Of a stretch of DNA of 64,000 nt, positions 59,559-64,000 are shown piece after piece; position 1 is the first letter of the stretch, and every line of letters starts with the position of its first letter. The stretch is from an uncultured bacterium. Lineage in GTDB: Bacteria; Oederibacteriota; Oederibacteriia; Oederibacteriales; Oederibacteriaceae. The stretch spans positions 544,001-608,000 of the forward strand of contig OZ218778.1 in the NCBI GenBank assembly GCA_965112635.1. The letters run 5' to 3'. The notes beneath the pieces are model-generated. The model did not search any database. It was not told the DNA's origin and saw only the letters and a list, made by a program, of their open reading frames with translations. Position numbers and translations under genes: made by a program.

Positions 59559-59592
59559 GCTGAACTCCTTTCTTGCTGTCTGGATATTTTTT

Positions 59593-59671
59593 TGGCGGGG
59601 TCGACGAGATTCGAACTCGCGATCTCCTGCGTGACAGGCAGGCGTGTTAGGCCAGGCTACACCACGACCCC
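59593..59671 (-). tRNA. tRNA-Asp(GTC)
   Basis: GGGGTCGTGGTGTAGCCTGGCCTAACACGCCTGCCTGTCACGCAGGAGATCGCGAGTTCGAATCTCGTCGACCCCGCCA; G73, encoded CCA. Confidence 0.96.
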
Positions 59672-59686
59672 AATTAATTATTTACA

Positions 59687-59855
59687 GTGGGTCCCCCACA
59701 GGCAAACGCTCCTCGCCTTCGGCGACCCCGTGGCTCCCACAAAACATTCAGCCAGCTGCGCTGGCTGACCAAAGGAGTATCCTCCTTTGGAATCCTCTCG
59801 GAGAGGAATAGTTTATAGAATCCGCGTTTTTCCAACCACGGGCAGAACCCGTGGT
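59687..59855. repeat. Cluster of GC-rich hairpins in the tRNA-Val/tRNA-Asp spacer (REP-like)
   Basis: TCAGCCAG-N5-CTGGCTGA, CCAAAGGAG..CTCCTTTGG, TCCTCTCGGAGAGGA, ACCACGGG-N5-CCCGTGGT, TCGCC-TTC-GGCGA. Confidence 0.55.
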
Positions 59856-59953
59856 CTTCAAAACGCTAATCCGATAAATCCTGCTGCTGCTTCGAAACCC
59901 TTAAATGATAAAACTAAAACCTGCATTCCGCAATCCGAAATCCACGGAAGAAA

Positions 59954-60030
59954 TGGTGGGCGAAACCCGGATCGAACGGGTGACCTCCTGCTTGTAAGGC
60001 AGGCGCTCTAACCAGCTGAGCTATCCGCCC
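59954..60030 (-). tRNA. tRNA-Val(TAC)
   Basis: GGGCGGATAGCTCAGCTGGTTAGAGCGCCTGCCTTACAAGCAGGAGGTCACCCGTTCGATCCGGGTTTCGCCCACCA. Confidence 0.96.
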
Positions 60031-60075
60031 TCCAACTCCCAAATAAACAATCCCCTCCAATGCTTTTGGTGCGTC

Positions 60076-60492
60076 CTACCCAACCACCTGCAGGATGATC
60101 TCGCGGCTCCTGGGCCGGACGTCAAAATCAACGAAAATGATCTGCTGATAGGTCCCCAACAACAATTCCCCATGGACCAAAGGCACGCTCAAGGAGGGTC
60201 CCAGCAGGGACGCCCGGACATGGGAGTGCCCGTTGCCGTCGTCATAAGCCAAATGGTGGGCGTAATCGATGGACCGGGGCACCAGCCTCTCCCAAGCCTC
60301 CTGCAGGTCTTTGACCAGCCCCGGTTCAAATTCCAGGGTGGTCAATCCGCCGGTAGCGCCGGGCACAAAGATCGTGACTAGGCCGTCCTTGATCTTGGCT
60401 TTGGCCAGATTTTGCGCCACCTGAGGCGTTATGTCTATGACCTGCGTGTTTCCTTTTGTTTTAAATGCAAACTTGATCGTTTCTGCGCTCAT
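60076..60492 (-). CDS. yjbQ: YjbQ/UPF0047 family protein
   Basis: DIT, EFEPGL, NGHSH, LGTYQQI..DFD. Confidence 0.92.
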   Translation of the reverse strand: MSAETIKFAFKTKGNTQVIDITPQVAQNLAKAKIKDGLVTIFVPGATGGLTTLEFEPGLVKDLQEAWERLVPRSIDYAHHLAYDDGNGHSHVRASLLGPSLSVPLVHGELLLGTYQQIIFVDFDVRPRSREIILQVVG

Positions 60493-60608
60493 GATCTCCT
60501 AACCGTACTTTTAAAACCCACGATTTAAAAAATAGGTGAAAGTCCCTTTTAGGAATAGGGAGAGATTATATCATAACCAGGGCAAGGTGTTGAACTGCAG
60601 GCGGGCCA

Positions 60609-63188
60609 TTAGTAATGCATGACAAGGCTGGTAAAGATCTCGGAAGCCTGGTAAGAAGCCGGGCTGTTCTGGAAATCCGTGTAGATCATGTCCATATATT
60701 GCAGGGTCAGGGTGGTGGTCCGCAGCCATTTCCAGGTCAATCCCACTCCAAAGGTCTGCTGGTCGATGTTCCAGAAGCAAGGCGTAAGGACCAATCCGTT
60801 GAGATTGCCCCCGATGGAATTGTACTGTTCATTGGCAATGATGCCGTAGGTGGCAATGCCTGGATAATCGCCGAAGATATATTCCGTCCCGCTTGAAGTT
60901 AGGTGCTGGACCCCGCCCAGAAGCACCAGGTCCTTCAAGATGGGGACTTCCAGACCCAAGTGCAAGATCTGCGTGGTCAGGCTCACCTGTGCCTGGTTGG
61001 TCGGGTCCACATCCGGAGCAGGGTTGTTGGTCGTATGTTCCGTGCGCAACCCTACCTGCACCGCGATGGGCACGGTGTATCTCAGCCAACTCTTATTTTC
61101 CAGCCTTAGCCCGAGCATCGTGTCGCTGAATGACCTGGGCGAAAGATGGTTGACGTCTGGCCCTTCGGTGGCCACCCTTTCCACGGCGTTCTCAACGGTT
61201 AGAAAAGGTTCATAGGCATAGGATTGTTCTTTATCGGTGTAATATTTTCCATGGTAGTTGAACACATAGGCGTTGCGGTTGGGTGTGGCCTCGCCGTAGG
61301 GCCGGAGATTGTTATAGATGATGCTGTAAGGCGTGAAACCCGGCACAAGGTAATTCACATAGGAGGGCTGGATCTGATAACCCAATTTGTTCCAGGGCAG
61401 GGTCAATTCCTCGGGGGTCATGTCCATGCAATATCCTGGAATGCCTAAAGCGGGGATGGAGGGCATCATGATGCCTCCGTAGGTGGAATTGCCTTGCAGC
61501 ATCTGGCCTGGCGCAAGATAACTAATGACGTTATACATGTTGGCAATATCCTCCCCGCTATAAGGGTTATTGCTCTGATTAAAGATCTGGAGCAAGGGGT
61601 CCCAGACCCTGGTTTGGGCCATGGGATTGTAATAAGCGGGCCCGACGCTACGGTAACTCCAATCCAGGATGGCTCCCATGGGCAGTTTAAAGGATGCCTT
61701 GCCCTCCCCGGCAAAATCCGTGAGATAAGCCTGGTATGTGGGTTCCGTATAAGTGGCTCTGAGGTTGGAGTCCAAGCCGCTTTCTACCCCTTCAAAAGAC
61801 AGGGTCACAAAATCATGTAAATTTACAGACGCCTCTCCGGAAGCGTCATAAAGGTCCCAGGGTTGGTAAGGAGGAGCAGGCACACCCAATGCAGGATTAG
61901 CAGCACCTGGAGGACCCGTGCCGGCTATGCTCCTCAAATCCTGGATACTGGTCCCTAAATGCAGCCACGGCAAAGGCTGGGATTGGGCTTTGCCCCCCAA
62001 AAGCCAGGTCCAATACTGATAGCTTATTGTCGGTGCAGCCCCAGCCGTAGTCGTAAGGCCGGGAGCGCCATTCGCGGGAATATTAAAGTAATACTGGGTC
62101 GCCCATTGCGTAGTTACATTGGGATTTTGCGCATACCAGATATTATCAAAAGAAAATGGCCCATTGGTGGAGTAAGAGCCAACGCTGTCTAGGAAAGGCT
62201 CAGCCATAACATCAACATCGATGTCATAGTCATTGAAAAATCTGAATGTGGTGCCTGCGGAAACCATATTGGTCAGGAACCGCTCATTATCTTTCACATG
62301 ACACACTTCCTTGTCGTAATCTTTATAAAGCCTGAAGATCTTTGCTTCCAGGGGGTCCAAGTCGTCGTCATCCGCAGCGAAAAGCGTCAAAGGAGTCCAT
62401 TTTTTCCACTGATCTCCGCCAGAAAAATAGATATTGTCCAGGTTGGCGTCAAAACGGATCTCCATGATTCCAAAACTCTGCGTGGGAGTGCCGTAGGCAA
62501 AAGTCGGGGAGCCCCAGGCTCCTCCCAATGAATTTATAAAACGGTCTATGAGCACGGCATCTACCCGGTCATTATGGAAATGGATGTTCATATCCAGGGT
62601 TTGTATAAAATCGTTATAGAGCGGAGAGGTCATGCCTATGGGAGTGGTGGTCAAAGCCAAAGCCTGTTGGTTGCCGCTGAGCTTGATGCCCTGATAGTTC
62701 ACGCCGTAATCCCCGCTGATCCGGATGCCCCAGAAATCACTAAGGTCCTGCTCTCTTTTTTCCAGGTCAGCCTCTTTGAGTTTCAAGGTGACCATCTGGT
62801 CCGAGAGGCTCTTGATGTCCTCCTTAAGGGCCATAAGGTCGTCCTGATAAGCCCGCGCCAGTTTATAGACTTGGTCCAGGTCCGCGGCCACAACACCCGC
62901 GTCCGGAGGGCTGGGGGGCTGGTCCTCATCCTCGCTCTTGAGCTGGGCCGTTTCCAGGGCTTCTCCGGTAAATCTGGCCAGGTCAGCCCTGGTCAAGACC
63001 TTGCCTGCCGGGAAAGGTGTTTTCAAGTAACCGTGGTCGCTGAGCCGCTCCAGAGCCCCATAGGACCAGTCCGTCAAAGGGACTGTATCGGACAAATCTG
63101 CAGGGTCAGTACTGGCCAGCAGGCCCGTGGGACAGAGCAGTATCCCCAAAAGCAACCCTAACCATAACCATGCTGTCTTTTTAGACAT
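60609..63188 (-). CDS. Large outer-membrane protein: signal peptide + SLH-like domain + coiled coil + beta-barrel (OmpM/SlpA-like)
   Basis: MSKKTAW... signal peptide; VPLTDWSYGALERLSDHGYL...LTRADLA SLH-like segment; heptad stalk LARAYQDDLMALKEDIKSLSDQMVTLK; amphipathic beta strands from IRISGDY; terminal Tyr. Confidence 0.75.
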   Translation of the reverse strand: MSKKTAWLWLGLLLGILLCPTGLLASTDPADLSDTVPLTDWSYGALERLSDHGYLKTPFPAGKVLTRADLARFTGEALETAQLKSEDEDQPPSPPDAGVVAADLDQVYKLARAYQDDLMALKEDIKSLSDQMVTLKLKEADLEKREQDLSDFWGIRISGDYGVNYQGIKLSGNQQALALTTTPIGMTSPLYNDFIQTLDMNIHFHNDRVDAVLIDRFINSLGGAWGSPTFAYGTPTQSFGIMEIRFDANLDNIYFSGGDQWKKWTPLTLFAADDDDLDPLEAKIFRLYKDYDKEVCHVKDNERFLTNMVSAGTTFRFFNDYDIDVDVMAEPFLDSVGSYSTNGPFSFDNIWYAQNPNVTTQWATQYYFNIPANGAPGLTTTAGAAPTISYQYWTWLLGGKAQSQPLPWLHLGTSIQDLRSIAGTGPPGAANPALGVPAPPYQPWDLYDASGEASVNLHDFVTLSFEGVESGLDSNLRATYTEPTYQAYLTDFAGEGKASFKLPMGAILDWSYRSVGPAYYNPMAQTRVWDPLLQIFNQSNNPYSGEDIANMYNVISYLAPGQMLQGNSTYGGIMMPSIPALGIPGYCMDMTPEELTLPWNKLGYQIQPSYVNYLVPGFTPYSIIYNNLRPYGEATPNRNAYVFNYHGKYYTDKEQSYAYEPFLTVENAVERVATEGPDVNHLSPRSFSDTMLGLRLENKSWLRYTVPIAVQVGLRTEHTTNNPAPDVDPTNQAQVSLTTQILHLGLEVPILKDLVLLGGVQHLTSSGTEYIFGDYPGIATYGIIANEQYNSIGGNLNGLVLTPCFWNIDQQTFGVGLTWKWLRTTTLTLQYMDMIYTDFQNSPASYQASEIFTSLVMHY

Positions 63189-63202
63189 GCCAGGTTCCTT
63201 TT

Positions 63203-64000
63203 TTAGAAAGTGATAGACCATTTGATGTTATACTCCTCAGCTGAATAATCATTGAGCATGGTAGCCTGGTCTTCGTATTTATCCATCTGCCATCCTAAAG
63301 CCAGGATGGAGTGGTCGGAATTCAGGACATTGCAGACAAAACCCAGCCCAAAGATCTCTTCTCTGGCGTCGTAATTATTTAAGTACAGATACTGGTGGGT
63401 CAACCCATAACCTAAACTGTTAAAAAGCCCCTGCGGGCCCACGATATCATATCTGGACAGGGCACCAGCCCCGGGTAAACCTCCAGGGTAGGTCAGGGTA
63501 TACTCCCGGCCGTAGCCGTTGATGGTCTTATAGGCTGCCAGCAGCTTTAGCCCTTCGTACAGAAAACTCAGGCCGTAATTGATCTCTCCGCTCCAGGTAA
63601 TGGTCCTCAGGTCCACGTCGCCGGGAAGCCCATCCGTGGTGTATTCCTGTTTCCAGCCCCCGGTAAGGATCACAGGCAGGGGGATGGGATATTTTTCCTT
63701 GCTTTTGGTCAGGTCCAGGGATAGACCGTCAGTCTGTACCCAAAAATGCCTCTGGGTCAGCTGGTTCAAACTCGGTCCTTCGGTGGCCCAGATCTCCTGG
63801 TAATTATCCATCCGGACATAAGGGTTGAAGAAACCCCCGAAATAACCTCCCTGCCACTGGCAGGTCATCCCCTGGCGGTTGGGTGTGGCCGGGCCATAGG
63901 GGAAAGTATTGTTCATTAAAACGTTGTAATAGTCATAGCCTGTCCAGGTCCTGCGGTCATAATGCGGGTAACCGGGAAAGGTGGTCGGCATATTGTCGTA
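63203..64000 (-). CDS. C-terminal part of a paralogous outer-membrane beta-barrel protein (5' end outside the window)
   Basis: Frame is open to 64000. Shares NN..PYG.ATPNR, ATEGP..N.L..R.F and G.EY...YPG with the downstream gene; ends in Phe (WSITF). Confidence 0.8.
   Translation of the reverse strand, partial: YDNMPTTFPGYPHYDRRTWTGYDYYNVLMNNTFPYGPATPNRQGMTCQWQGGYFGGFFNPYVRMDNYQEIWATEGPSLNQLTQRHFWVQTDGLSLDLTKSKEKYPIPLPVILTGGWKQEYTTDGLPGDVDLRTITWSGEINYGLSFLYEGLKLLAAYKTINGYGREYTLTYPGGLPGAGALSRYDIVGPQGLFNSLGYGLTHQYLYLNNYDAREEIFGLGFVCNVLNSDHSILALGWQMDKYEDQATMLNDYSAEEYNIKWSITF

Noticed and set aside
1-64000. CRISPR arrays, stop-codon reassignment, selenocysteine/pyrrolysine readthrough, programmed frameshifts
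   Set aside because: I saw no regularly spaced repeats, and all recognisable genes are intact under the standard code with TAA, TAG and TGA all used as stops.

Overview
A 64 kb bacterial chromosomal segment, moderately GC-rich by eye, read with the standard genetic code. I found no CRISPR array, rRNA, prophage or transposase. The left edge holds a giant minus-strand TPR-only gene (at least 2,627 codons, running off the window, and therefore absent from the ORF track). After it come tRNA-Ala, a small T9SS-CTD/FlgD-like protein overlapping a PorV-like gene, and apbE, a Gfo oxidoreductase and uxaE. Next are rng, a lipase and glpK, an ABC exporter with polX and cutA, and a secreted glycoside hydrolase. 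The middle contains a five-gene split (archaeal-type) glutamate synthase, a UroD-like/GH94/Gfo sugar cluster, citrate synthase, a complete echABCDEF-hypA hydrogenase operon and two PilZ genes. The right part has housekeeping genes (pepA, coaD, rsmD, recG, rpmB, mreB), tRNA-Asp and tRNA-Val, and two tandem paralogous large outer-membrane proteins, one with SLH + coiled-coil + beta-barrel (OmpM/SlpA-like) architecture. The gene content suggests an anaerobic, saccharolytic diderm, possibly from a poorly characterised lineage (inference). The best novelty candidates are the tandem SLH-barrel proteins, the giant TPR protein, the CTD-only + PorV pair and the UroD-like carbohydrate cluster. All family assignments come from motif recognition, not database searches.
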